A DNA stretch of 64,000 bases, taken from the NCBI GenBank assembly GCA_965214465.1, contig CBDCBX010000018.1, forward strand, positions 157,881-221,880, in the 5' to 3' direction. This document shows, piece by piece, positions 31,277 to 41,090 of the stretch. Under the pieces are notes generated by a model, which made no database searches, was not told the DNA's origin, and worked only from the letters and a program-made list of their open reading frames with translations. Numbering within the stretch: position 1 is the stretch's first letter; every line of letters starts with the position of its first letter. The translations under genes and the position numbers were made by a program. This DNA comes from Acidobacteriota bacterium (GTDB lineage Bacteria; Acidobacteriota; UBA6911; RPQK01; CBDAPI01).

Positions 31277-31762
31277 GGGGGGCGGGATGGTCGGGACGAT
31301 CCTTCGGTTTTCACTATACCTTCAGGCTGAAAAGCGTCCGCGAAGGTCTCTCCAATGCCGATTCGACGCGCAGCTTCTTCCATGGCGCGAAAATCCATCA
31401 TAGACTTCCAGCTGACTAGCGGCTCCCGACGGGGATCGAGACCGTAGACTTTGATCCGTTCGCCGAGGGTCTCGAAAAACAGTTTCAGCAGTTGTCGTTT
31501 GTCCGCGAAGTCCGATTTATCAATCCGGGCGGAAACGACCTCGCCCAAGGTGTTGTTGAGATGAAGGATTTGCTTTCGAATCGCCTTGTGATGGGTCTTC
31601 TGACCTTCAAGCGTCTTCAACTTGGCCTCCAAGCGGTCTAGCTTTGATTGCTCGGAGTCTTTTCGTTGCCTTACTTCCAAGATCTTCTTCAAGACCATTT
31701 CCATCGAGAAATCGGCGTCCGCCGCGTAGAGATCAAGAAGTCTGCTCTCCTTCCGCTCCAGC
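31213..31762 (-). pseudogene. C-terminal coiled-coil remnant of a probable large serine recombinase, 5' part removed at an IS end
   Basis: The frame extends upstream of the called ORF as LERKESRLLDLYAADADFSMEMVLKKI...ADKRQLLKLF, resembling LSR coiled-coil tails; it reads through the att site and is cut at the IR at 31763. Confidence 0.6.
31269..31318. other. attL-like junction of the island (B arm + GG + P' arm)
   Basis: GTCGGGACGATCCTTC (31290-31305) is repeated at 47635-47650; 31295-31318 is 22/24 complementary to 47614-47637. Confidence 0.8.
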
Positions 31763-31836
31763 CCGTCCTATCCGAAAACTCAGCCGATTTGTAACCCACT
31801 GTGGGAGTTCGACTTGTAGGCGCGTACAATGGCGGC

Positions 31837-32898
31837 ATGAAAGCCGATACCTACCCGCTGCAGGTGCTACTCTGGGCCCTTTCAGGCTGGGTGAACCGAC
31901 ACCAGCAGGACGTCATCGCGTACTTGGTTGAGGAGAACCGGGTCCTGAAGGAGCAGATGAAGGGTCGTCGGCTTCGCCTGACCAACGAGCAGCGACGGCG
32001 ACTCGCCGCGAAGGGCAAGCGCCTTGGTCGGAAGACGCTCAATCGGGTCGCAACGATCGTGACTCCGGATACGATAATGCGATGGCATCGGCAATTGATA
32101 GCTCTCAAGTGGACCTGCGAATCCAAGAGGGTCGGCCGGCCTGGGCTCATGAAGAGGATTGCCGGCTTGATCGTGCGGATGGCCTGGGAGAACTCGGGCT
32201 GGGGGTATTGCCGGATCCAGGGGGAACTCCGGAAGCTCGGACATCGGGTCGCGACCAGCACGATAGCCAAGGTGCTCAAGGACAATGGGATCAAACCCGC
32301 GCCTGACCGGCCATCTTCTTGGAAGACTTTTCTGCAGGCCCATTGGGGCGAGATCGCCGGAATGGACTTCTTTACGACCGAGGTGTGGACGCCACGCGGC
32401 CTGAAGACCTACTACATCCTCTTCGCGATCGATTTGAAGAGTCGGAAGGTCCACTTCGCGGGAGCGACGCCGAATCCAAACGAATCCTTCATGGCCCAAG
32501 TCGCTCGTAACCTGAGCGATGCCTTTGACGGCTTTCTAACGGGGCACCGTTTTCTGATCTGCGACCGTGACTCGAAGTTTTCTGAACAGTTCAGACGGAT
32601 TCTCAAAGGCGCGGGTGTCGATGTGATCCGGACACCCATTCAGGCCCCCAACTGCAACGCGCATGCGGAGCGGTTCGTGCTGTCGATCAAATCTGAGTGC
32701 CTGCGGAGGATGATCTTCTTCGGAGAAGCCTCGCTGCGTCGGGCAATTACAGAATACCTGGATCATTATCATACCGAGCGAGCGCACCAGGGCCTGGGAA
32801 ACGATCTCATTGAGAAGCATGAAGTCACACCCGAGGGTGAGATTCGGTGTCGGGAACGACTTGGAGGAATTCTCAAGCACTACTACCGGGCCGCATGA
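31837..32898 (+). CDS. Integrase-core-domain (DDE) transposase
   Basis: WGYCRIQGEL HTH, MDFFT, LICDRDSKF, NAHAERFVLSIKSECL, YHTERAHQGL, RLGGILKHY. Confidence 0.92.
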   Translation: MKADTYPLQVLLWALSGWVNRHQQDVIAYLVEENRVLKEQMKGRRLRLTNEQRRRLAAKGKRLGRKTLNRVATIVTPDTIMRWHRQLIALKWTCESKRVGRPGLMKRIAGLIVRMAWENSGWGYCRIQGELRKLGHRVATSTIAKVLKDNGIKPAPDRPSSWKTFLQAHWGEIAGMDFFTTEVWTPRGLKTYYILFAIDLKSRKVHFAGATPNPNESFMAQVARNLSDAFDGFLTGHRFLICDRDSKFSEQFRRILKGAGVDVIRTPIQAPNCNAHAERFVLSIKSECLRRMIFFGEASLRRAITEYLDHYHTERAHQGLGNDLIEKHEVTPEGEIRCRERLGGILKHYYRAA

Positions 32899-32901
32899 GG
32901 A

Positions 32902-33245
32902 TGGAACTACTCAATCGCTCTGCGGTGATCGTAAAGCCACTTCGACCCTATCTCGAATGGGCCAAGGGAGACGACGCCGAGGGGCTTGCTGAATTAGTCT
33001 TTGAGAATCTACGACGTGAGCCGCATGTGTATCTCCTTCCTGAATACGAAGACCCCACGTCGCAGCAAGAGGTGCTGAAGGAATTTTGGCCAGCCATATT
33101 TGAGGCCATGTTGGCAGGCTGGGTGACGGACGAGGCGTTGTGGCCTAAGAACCGAACGCTAGGAATGTTCCAGAAGTGGTTCGAAATCCAAATGAGTTCG
33201 ATGGTTCAGGATCTCGACGGCTACACGCCTCTGGAGCTGATTTGA
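32902..33245 (+). CDS. Conserved hypothetical passenger protein
   Basis: LNRSAVIVKP..PYLEW...IFEAMLAGWVTDEALWPKNRT...WF; lies inside the IRs. Confidence 0.75.
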
Positions 33246-33306
33246 CCCAAAAGCGACAATGGAGTTGGCTCCGGAACCGTCTCGGCTGAGTTTTCGGATA
33301 GGACGG

Positions 33307-33445
33307 CCAAGCCACCCAAAGAGTTGTCCACATCGGGTTGAATCGCTGGTGCAGGGTCTGCAGCTGGTTCCGACTTCTCAGCTACCTTGCATGCGCTGAC
33401 AGTGAGGGACAAAAGGAACAAGCCGGGCAACAGGGTCTTTAACAT
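33307..33445 (-). pseudogene. Lipoprotein 5' fragment truncated by the element
   Basis: MLKTLLPGLFLLSLTVSAC lipobox-like signal; the frame runs into the IR at 33306. Confidence 0.45.
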
Positions 33446-33969
33446 CGCCGGTGGTTCCAAAAAGATCGGGAAATCGACCAAGAGAACGTGGTCTCCATTC
33501 GAAAAGCATGATAACAAAAGTGCAGCGATCACTACGATTCGGATAGTGTCAACACGCTGGGGAACGCACGCCGGGCCATTGTTTTTGAACTCACTCCGAT
33601 CGAGGAATTTCTTCCTCACAGCAATGTCGCCTTGACCAGTCGGTCGTACATCGTCACCAGCTAAGGTTTCAAGGGGAAATAGACCGCTCAGGGGACCGGT
33701 CGAGTCGGTCGCCGAGAGGGGCACTCCGTTCGGGCTCGCCCCCACTGCGTCCCCTCTCTCAGTCTTCAAGAACTCGAGGAGATCGTTTCCCAGGATCAGA
33801 TAGAACAACCTATAACCAGGTGGGTCACTTTTTCCTTGTCATTCCGATACCCGGTTGTCTTGCCTATGTTCCACTGTGGCAGCGATACGGCAATACCCCT
33901 GTTGGAGAAAGTCAACAACACTTCCCTGAAGAAGCACCCCCTGCTTGATAGAATCTGCGGACGGAAGAC

Positions 33970-34857
33970 ATGACAACCAATTCCATCCCCATCATCGACA
34001 CCCACCAGCATCTCTGGGACCTGGAGAAGGTGCGGCTGCCCTGGTTGAACCTGGAAGGCAAGACTGACGCCGAAGGACTGGATCGAAGCTTTCTTATGGA
34101 GGAGTTCCTTCACGCGGTTGAGCACGAGGCTGTCGTTGGCAGTGTCTACATGGAAGTCAATGTCATCCCAGAGGATCAGAAAAAGGAAGCCGAGTATGTT
34201 CTTGACCTCTGCCGAAGCGATGAGAACCCCATGCGAGCGGTAGTGATAGGCGGCTACCCGCACGATCCTGGCTTCCAAAGCTACATCGAAGCGCTGGCAC
34301 GAGAAGAATTCGTCAAGGGGGTCCGGACGGTTTTGCACGATCCCGATCGGCCGCAGGGGATGTGTCTGAGGAAGGAGTTCATCCGGGGCTGCCGGTTGCT
34401 GGGAGAACTGAATCTGAGTTTCGACCTGTGCATGCGTCCCGGAGAGTTGCAGGATGCCGCTCGACTGGTCGATCGCTGCCCACAAACCCGCTTCATCCTC
34501 GACCACTGTGGCAATATTTCGGCAATGTCTGAAGATGGGGAGTTGCGGCGGCAGTGGGAGCAGGGAATCCAGGAACTGGCCCACCGCGACAACGTGACCT
34601 GCAAGATCTCAGGAATCGTTGCCTCAGCTCGTTCCGACTGGCAGCCGGCGGATTTGGCCGATGTCGTTTCATTCTGTTTGGACAGCTTCGGCGAGGATCG
34701 GGTCTGCTTCGGAGGAGACTGGCCGGTCTGTACACTCCGGGCTTCCTACAGCCAGTGGGTCGATGCTCTAGAATGGATTGTCAGGGACCGATCGCCCGAG
34801 TTCAAACGGAAATTGTTTCATGACAACGCGCTGCGAATCTATCGATTACAGAGTTGA
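33970..34857 (+). CDS. Amidohydrolase_2 family protein (sugar lactonase-like)
   Basis: IIDTHQHLWD, ILDHCG, CKISG, FGGDWPV. Confidence 0.88.
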   Translation: MTTNSIPIIDTHQHLWDLEKVRLPWLNLEGKTDAEGLDRSFLMEEFLHAVEHEAVVGSVYMEVNVIPEDQKKEAEYVLDLCRSDENPMRAVVIGGYPHDPGFQSYIEALAREEFVKGVRTVLHDPDRPQGMCLRKEFIRGCRLLGELNLSFDLCMRPGELQDAARLVDRCPQTRFILDHCGNISAMSEDGELRRQWEQGIQELAHRDNVTCKISGIVASARSDWQPADLADVVSFCLDSFGEDRVCFGGDWPVCTLRASYSQWVDALEWIVRDRSPEFKRKLFHDNALRIYRLQS

Positions 34858-35650
34858 GTTCTCAGAGCAGCAACGGTCAGCCGTCAACGGTCAACCTCCC
34901 GTCCTCGCCTTCATCGTTCTGATCATCTCCTTATTGACGCCATCACTCTGGGCTGAAGTTCCCGGCCGCGTCACCTACCGGGACGGCAGTCCCTGTGCTT
35001 TTTGCTGGCTCACCATTGAGCTGCAGGATCGAAGCTTCAAGATGCGGGCCGATGGAGACGGCTATTTCGAACTGGAGATCGAAACCTCGGAGCAGATCAA
35101 GAGAATGAGAGCCCGGAATCTGCGCGGGGAGCGAATTGTGGAGGACGGCTTTCTGTTTCTCTTCCTTCACAGAGACAATCCTCAACTTGAGCCCGTCATC
35201 AAAGATCTCCGCAAGCGGCTTCAGACCTATCGGGTTTTCACCAGCAGCACGCTGGTTCAGCAGCTCATATCGGAGGACTGCTATTTCATCGTAGAGCGGG
35301 AAGTGTCCCTTTTCGACCGGGTGTCGAGATTTCGCTCGGTGGAAGTGGATCTGAGTAAGCTCGAGCTTCTCGAAGCTTGCAGCGAGGATACGCAGGCCTG
35401 CATTCGTCTACAGCCGGCCCGGGTCCTGGGCGAGAAGAACCGACTCGACATGGGTGGAGCCGTCGTGTTTTTCGACGGCAGGCACAAGGAACAGGTCCCC
35501 GGTCTACTCCACTCCATCGCCCTTCTGGCCCGGGCCTGCGGAAATCTAAAGACCCACGTGATGGCCCCGGAAGCCCCGTGTCCACCCGAAAAACTCCATC
35601 CAACCGGTGAGGAAGCCCGTGGACGCACCGCAGGCGGCAGATTTGAATGA
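34778..35650 (+). CDS. Hypothetical exported protein; 3' end replaced by element IR at 35578; start uncertain
   Basis: Hydrophobic signal-like stretch; the ORF runs into the IR. Confidence 0.45.
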   Translation: MSGTDRPSSNGNCFMTTRCESIDYRVEFSEQQRSAVNGQPPVLAFIVLIISLLTPSLWAEVPGRVTYRDGSPCAFCWLTIELQDRSFKMRADGDGYFELEIETSEQIKRMRARNLRGERIVEDGFLFLFLHRDNPQLEPVIKDLRKRLQTYRVFTSSTLVQQLISEDCYFIVEREVSLFDRVSRFRSVEVDLSKLELLEACSEDTQACIRLQPARVLGEKNRLDMGGAVVFFDGRHKEQVPGLLHSIALLARACGNLKTHVMAPEAPCPPEKLHPTGEEARGRTAGGRFE

Positions 35651-36160
35651 TCCTCTTCGGCGAGCACTTCGAACCACAATGAGAATTAGTGGACAGGCGT
35701 TTGGCTTTGGGTCTGAAGAAGCCGCCCAGACAGACCTTGCCTGTGTCGGACAGATGTTGAGGGAATGAGTTGGTTGTGGAACCTGAGTCCTACGCTGCCA
35801 CCCGTTCGTAGCGATGGTGAAGCCCACCGCAGATCGGAAACGAGATCAGCTTGGTTGGCGCATTTACCACTGCCGGTTTCTGTATTGGAATGGGTGTGTC
35901 ACGGTCCAGTCCCTGATGTGGCCGGCTGCAATGGTAGTACTGCTCAATGTACTCGCTGAGCAACCTGTTCAGGTGCCTTTCACTGAGCACAATGACGTGA
36001 TCGAGTAGTTCCCGGCGGAGAGTGCCGAAAAGCCTTTCTATATAAGGATTCTGCCAAGGACTTCGGTAAGCCGTTCGCACTTCTTCGATATTGCAGCTGT
36101 CCAGGAACTTCCGCACTCCGTGGCCGTAGATGCCGTCATTGTCACGCAACAAGTATCTAG

Positions 36161-37802
36161 CCCGGATTATGCAAGAACCGTAGTCCGGAGTTGAAAAACG
36201 ACTCGAGAAGTGGCTCAACTCGAAAGCGGACAGGTGTGACAGGCGGATTTGCGAAGAATATCGGTTGGCGAGGCGTTTGAAGTGGTTGGGGAGTGAATTT
36301 CAGACAGATCTGGGCCTGGGTGAGTATCGGAAGCGGTTTTTCGGGGAGCTGGGAGAGGCTAGCTGGAGTTGAGACGACTCAAGACGAGGTGGAAGAGGGG
36401 TTGTTCGGGAAAGGCTGAGGAAAGATGGACCCAGATGCGTCGAGTGGTTTGTCGGATCCGGGCCCCGATCTTGAGGACACGACGACGTAAGGTTTCGATT
36501 TCGAGCAGGGGGTCCCGTGCAGATAGTCGCGCAGGCGCACGAACATCTGGTAAGCCAGGGCATGCAGAAGGAGTCGAAACTGATTGGCCAGGAATCGATG
36601 ACAGCTGAGTCGGTCCATGCTCAGATGATTCTTGAAGGCCTTGATGAAGTTTTCGGTCTGTCCTCGGTTTGTGTAGTGGTCATAAAGTGATTGGGAGCAG
36701 AGATCGTCCCGGTTGGTGACCACAAAGCGACGATTGATCCCGCGCTGATCGACCTCCACTTTGACGATGACGCGACGAGATCGATCCCAGCTGTTGGCTC
36801 GATAAAGAAACTCGTCAAACTGACGCTGTTTTTCCTCCAGCTCAAGGAACCTTTCCCGAGTCGAATCCAGCAGGGGCTCGACCACTCGCTGCAGGCGAGG
36901 GTTTCGACTTAACCCAATGACATACTGGAGTTGATTCTCTTCAGCCTCACAGAACTCGTAGAGCCGCGGCGTGGCAAAGCCGCTGTCGGCCCGAATCTCA
37001 ATCTCGACATCCGTCCCCACTCCTTGTCGGATAGCCTCCACGACTCGCTTCAGAATGGGCACGATGTGAGAGGCAGCTCCCTTGTTGCCAGGTCTCAACA
37101 CGGCACACACCAGGTCTCCCGTGTCGGCATCGAAGATCAGCAAAGGATGCAGAATGTGGCTTCGGTAATACCCGTGGTAGAAGGAGAACTCCTGCTGGCC
37201 GTGGGTGTGGTCGTCGGTACTGTCCAGATCCAGGATGATCTTACCGGGACGTCTTTTCTTCAGGGAGCGCACATAACGGCCTAGCAGCCACTGGCTCAAA
37301 CGCATCAGATCCTTCCTGGTGACGGAGTTCTCCAAGCGGGAGAAAGTCGGCTGCGTGGCCAAATCCGGATCGCTCTCCGGCAACTGATCACAGACGGTTT
37401 TGAGCATCGGATCCGAGCGCAGCGTATCGGCGTCATTACAGTCTTCGTAGCCGGCCACGATCTGCAAGACTCGTTGTCGGATCAACTTCAACAGATCATG
37501 ACGAATGTAGCGTTGGTCTCGACTCTCCGAAATACACGAACTGAAGCCCTCGCAGAGCCGATGTTGCCGATCCACCGATCCAAACAACAACCATCCTGCG
37601 TCGGAAGTGAGGCTCCCCCCATCAAAACGCGCCGTGATCTTTCTGTGGCTGTGAAATGCAGGGTATTCTGGCAGACTGCTCTTAACATTGCCGTAGCTCC
37701 TGGTTAGGGTCTTGTTTGTGTAAACCCTTTTATATCAGAGAGCTACGGCTCTTTTTATGGGCCCAAATCTCACTCGGATTCAGATCTCATGCATAATCCG
37801 GG
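36161..37802 (-). mobile_element. IS1380 family element
   Basis: IRs CCCGGATTATGCA / TGCATAATCCGGG; 4-bp TSD CTAG (36157-36160 and 37803-37806). Confidence 0.92.
36359..37688 (-). pseudogene. IS1380 transposase with two frameshifts
   Basis: FDGGSLTSDAG, ILDLDSTDD..HGQQE, RADSGF, YTNRGQTENFIK, ANQFRL; frame breaks near 37650 and 36510. Confidence 0.85.
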
Positions 37803-38904
37803 CTAGGCTTCCGACCGAAGGGTGTGGCTTCTCGAAGCTGCTGAATCACCCATTCCATGGAGGGATGGTACGTCGTCGAGAAGTGGATCACCTTCCTGCG
37901 GCCATGTTCAAAGACAACAAATACATAGAGAAATGAGAAGCCGACCGTGATCACCGTAAAGAAGTCGATCGCCCATGAGACGTCTAGGTGGTTGTGCAGG
38001 AAGGGCAGCCAGTTCGTTGGATTGTCAGGCTTCTTGGGGCGGGACATGTACTTGCGGATCGTGTCGCTGCAAGGGGGATCATAGCCGAGCAGCCGCAACG
38101 TATCCTCGATTCGTTCGGCACTCCATAGAGGATTCTCTCGGCTCAACTTGCGAATCAGATCCCGCGTCTCCTTTGGCACGGGAGGCCGGCCGGGCCGGCC
38201 CTTCGACTTCCGGCGCCAGTAGAGACGGAAGCCTGTGGTGTGCCAGCGCTTCACGGTGGCGGGCTGCATTAGATGTGCCACCTGATGCCATTGATCCCAG
38301 ATCCTGGACAGCAATACCCAAAGAAGCCTGAAAGCACGGGTGAATCTGGGTCTCGGACGATCTTGCTCCACGATCCGATGCTTGCACGCGGCCAGCTGAC
38401 TCTCTGCCGCCAAGACTCGTGCCGCCAAAGTCGCCCGTGAGCTGAAGAACGCCGATAGAAATGTGCGGACGAATCCGGCAGCTTGCCCGAGGTCAGAAAT
38501 TGTCCTGAAGATGATCTGGAACAGGCAACGAATCTCTCTCATGGCCCGAAGGATACGAGGCCTTGAGCTCCACCTCAAGACTTGCGTAAATCATTGCTGT
38601 ACAAGGTGGACGGAATTTTTCGGGGGGACAACCCAGGAAAGCTCGCGCCTGGCCAAGCCTTTGATCGCGGGAACAACGTGCCTTTGCACGGCACACCTGG
38701 ACCACTACAGGGGCGCCTTCATCTGCCAGGGGGATACCGCTCCGCTAAAGACGGGTTGAGCCCCAAGAATTCTTCGGATCGCGCCGATTCTGAGGAAGCA
38801 ACAAACCAACTCCCCTGGCCGGTAGAGAGCAGGCAAAAATCGGTCCAGCACACCTGTCACGCCGAAGGTCGCGAGTCGCGGATCGGATGCCGCTGGCTCT
38901 CTGC

Positions 38905-40299
38905 TCAGGGGGCAAACTCGTCGGGGGGAAGTCCCACTTCCTCCCAGAGAAAACTGAAATCCACCGGATCCCGGCCCGCACCAGCGGATTCCCGGCGCTC
39001 CTCGACCTCGTAGCTGCGGAGAAGTTCCGCGACTTCGCGGCGACTTTGTGGGGACCGGATCGCCTGCCGTGGTGTCTTTCCTCTCAAAGCAGGAATCGGC
39101 TCATCTGCCCAGTTTTCGTAGATCCGGCGGTAGAGCCTTTGCTGGAACTCACTCCGTTCCGTCTTGGAAAGGCCCTCCAAGGGGTCCTCAGAGCGGCTGG
39201 GGGCCGTCTCGGGCTGGTGCCGGGTTTTCCATATGTGGCGCGGGTCACTAATCTCTCGGGTGATTTTCTCGACGGAATCGCCAGCGATTTCAGCCACCCA
39301 CTTATCTCCCGTTTCGGCACGTGCCGCCGTTCGGCTAAAGATCTCGAGGCGATCCTCTTTCCTGCGGCGGAGCGAATGGAGGACTCGAGACGAGCTGGCC
39401 TCTGGATCGTCCAGGCGCACCCAGGAGTCGTCGCCGTCTTTCCTCACGTCGGACTGACCTTTTAGAGCCTCTTCGAGACTTGCCCAATCTTTGACCCGAT
39501 AGTGCACGGTGGTCAGCAGGATCGGGTCGCCGGATGCGGCATCCACGATCCGTGGAGCCGGTCCGATCAGAACCGACAGCCACTTTTCGGTGACGCAGCG
39601 GCTGATCCAGGCGGGTTCGATGTTTCCCGCGGAGTCCCGCGGTCCCTCGAGTATCCTGCCACGAAGCTCCAGATATTGGAGCCTTCCGAAAGGATACAGA
39701 CATCCGCTGAGAATCCTGGGCTCGTTCGGCAAAACACGGGCTGCAAAGATGTCACCCTCTTTCAGGGTCCGCGAGGCTGACCGCTCCTGGACCCAGAACT
39801 TTTCCCGCTCCTCTGCCAGAGCCGATACGAGCCAGAACCCCCGATTCGGCTGGACTTCGACCACTTCGTACAGACCAAGGGGTGAGGCGGTCAAGGTTTC
39901 CAGGTAGCGGCGCTCGTCGACTTCCATCAAAGGACCGCCGTGACCGAGCACAAGGTCGGCAAAGCGAGGGTGCCGCTCTTGATCGTCTTCCGGCGATTGT
40001 CGTCCCTCGCACAGGACCCACTCGAACGCGTTCAACTGGAACATCTGGAGAAGATCATCAGGAAGAGCTTCCAACTCGCCCAGCTGTTCGGGCCCCAGTC
40101 CTGCGCCGTACTGGAACTCAATCGCGTCTCCGACCTCTTCACCATGGTGCTCCATCAGCCAATCGAGCGCTTTCGACTCCGCTCCTTCTGCCACCGAGCG
40201 CTCTCTCGCCGCCCCTTCATCGTGCCCGAGACAACATCTCTTGTATTTGCTGCCACTCCCGCAAGGACAAGGATCGTTCCGACCGATTTTCTTCATCAT
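38905..40299 (-). CDS. SEC-C motif protein with C-terminal DUF2384/MbcA-Xre-like segment
   Basis: KIGRNDPCPCGSGSKYKRCC; C-terminal WADEPIPALRGKTPRQA. Confidence 0.8.
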   Translation of the reverse strand: MMKKIGRNDPCPCGSGSKYKRCCLGHDEGAARERSVAEGAESKALDWLMEHHGEEVGDAIEFQYGAGLGPEQLGELEALPDDLLQMFQLNAFEWVLCEGRQSPEDDQERHPRFADLVLGHGGPLMEVDERRYLETLTASPLGLYEVVEVQPNRGFWLVSALAEEREKFWVQERSASRTLKEGDIFAARVLPNEPRILSGCLYPFGRLQYLELRGRILEGPRDSAGNIEPAWISRCVTEKWLSVLIGPAPRIVDAASGDPILLTTVHYRVKDWASLEEALKGQSDVRKDGDDSWVRLDDPEASSSRVLHSLRRRKEDRLEIFSRTAARAETGDKWVAEIAGDSVEKITREISDPRHIWKTRHQPETAPSRSEDPLEGLSKTERSEFQQRLYRRIYENWADEPIPALRGKTPRQAIRSPQSRREVAELLRSYEVEERRESAGAGRDPVDFSFLWEEVGLPPDEFAP

Positions 40300-40462
40300 C
40301 CGCTCTCCAGAACGAGCTTGCCCGAAATCCAACGCCGGATCAAGACGCAACAGTTCATCGATCCCAGAGTCTTGCCCCGTCTCTCATCCGCTTATTTGAT
40401 ACGAGACAGGCCTGAAGCGCGCCTGAGTGTGCTAGGTTGGATGGAGTTTTTCGGATGGACAC

Positions 40463-40854
40463 CTGTTATCAATCGATACTCGACCGGGAGGCTGTCGCCG
40501 CGATCCCTCCGCGACGCAGTGCACGGCTGAGTGAAAATGTGGACCCGCCTGCCTGGCGTGCGATGCGCGATGCCCATCTACGAGAAATAAGGAGGCTCGG
40601 TCGATATGAATGGCGCATCTCCAGTGGTTGCACCCGGCAAAGCCTCGCAGAGAATGCGATGTCGAGGTTCAAGACGTTGTTTGGGCCTAAGCTGTCGGCC
40701 CGAGGATTCGACAATCAACGGGTCGAGGCCATCATCAAATGTGAGGTGCTGAATCGTATGACAAATCGGGGCATGCCTGAGTCAGTGCGAATTCAATAGC
40801 AGTCACATACAAAGCCCGAAATCCGCGAGGTGATTGGAATTGTGCAACAACGCC
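40463..40854 (+). mobile_element. IS5 family (IS903 group) 3' remnant with right IR
   Basis: IPPRRSA...WRISSGCTRQSLAENAMSRFKTLFG...LNRMT..GMPESVR*; end GAATTGTGCAACAACGCC (40837-40854) resembles IS903-group IRs. Confidence 0.8.
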
Positions 40855-41090
40855 CGCCGGAGCCTCGGCTCGGACGCCTTTTGTGAACTCAGAATAGCCG
40901 TTGGCGAGTATCTCCAACTCGGAAGTCGAGCCGGAGTGGGACACCGCGTGCAGCGGTTTCTTAGCCCCCGACGTATACGTATCAGGTTTCCAGTTGGTCC
41001 CATAGGATCAAAGCCTTGTCTCGCAAGGGGCTGGCGCATAACATACGCGGTAACGATCTCATCTAGTTTCTTTAGTAGCAGATAGGACCA

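Larger units (their letters stand above)
31763..33306 (+). mobile_element. rve/integrase-core (IS481/IS3-like) element with passenger gene
   Basis: Perfect 25-bp IRs CCGTCCTATCCGAAAACTCAGCCGA (31763-31787) and its complement (33282-33306); no target duplication seen. Confidence 0.88.
35790..38542 (-). pseudogene. Integrase-core transposase interrupted by IS1380
   Basis: Removing 36161-37802 and one CTAG restores ...EATPFGRKPRYLLRDNDGIYG...SPWQNPYIER...GGLHHRYERVAA. Confidence 0.9.
35578..40462 (-). mobile_element. Composite rve-type element with three end sequences and a SEC-C passenger gene
   Basis: Outer IRs GTGTCCACCCGAAAAACTCCATCCAACC (35578-35605) and 40435-40462 (27/28 complementary); related internal end at about 38606-38634. 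Confidence 0.75.

Noticed and set aside
33221-33808. 195-aa ORF as one real gene
   Set aside because: Appears to be a chimera of non-coding sequence, a lipoprotein head and element IR sequence.
38640-38760. Possible HNH endonuclease remnant (CLCTAHLDHYRG)
   Set aside because: Too short and degenerate to support without a search.
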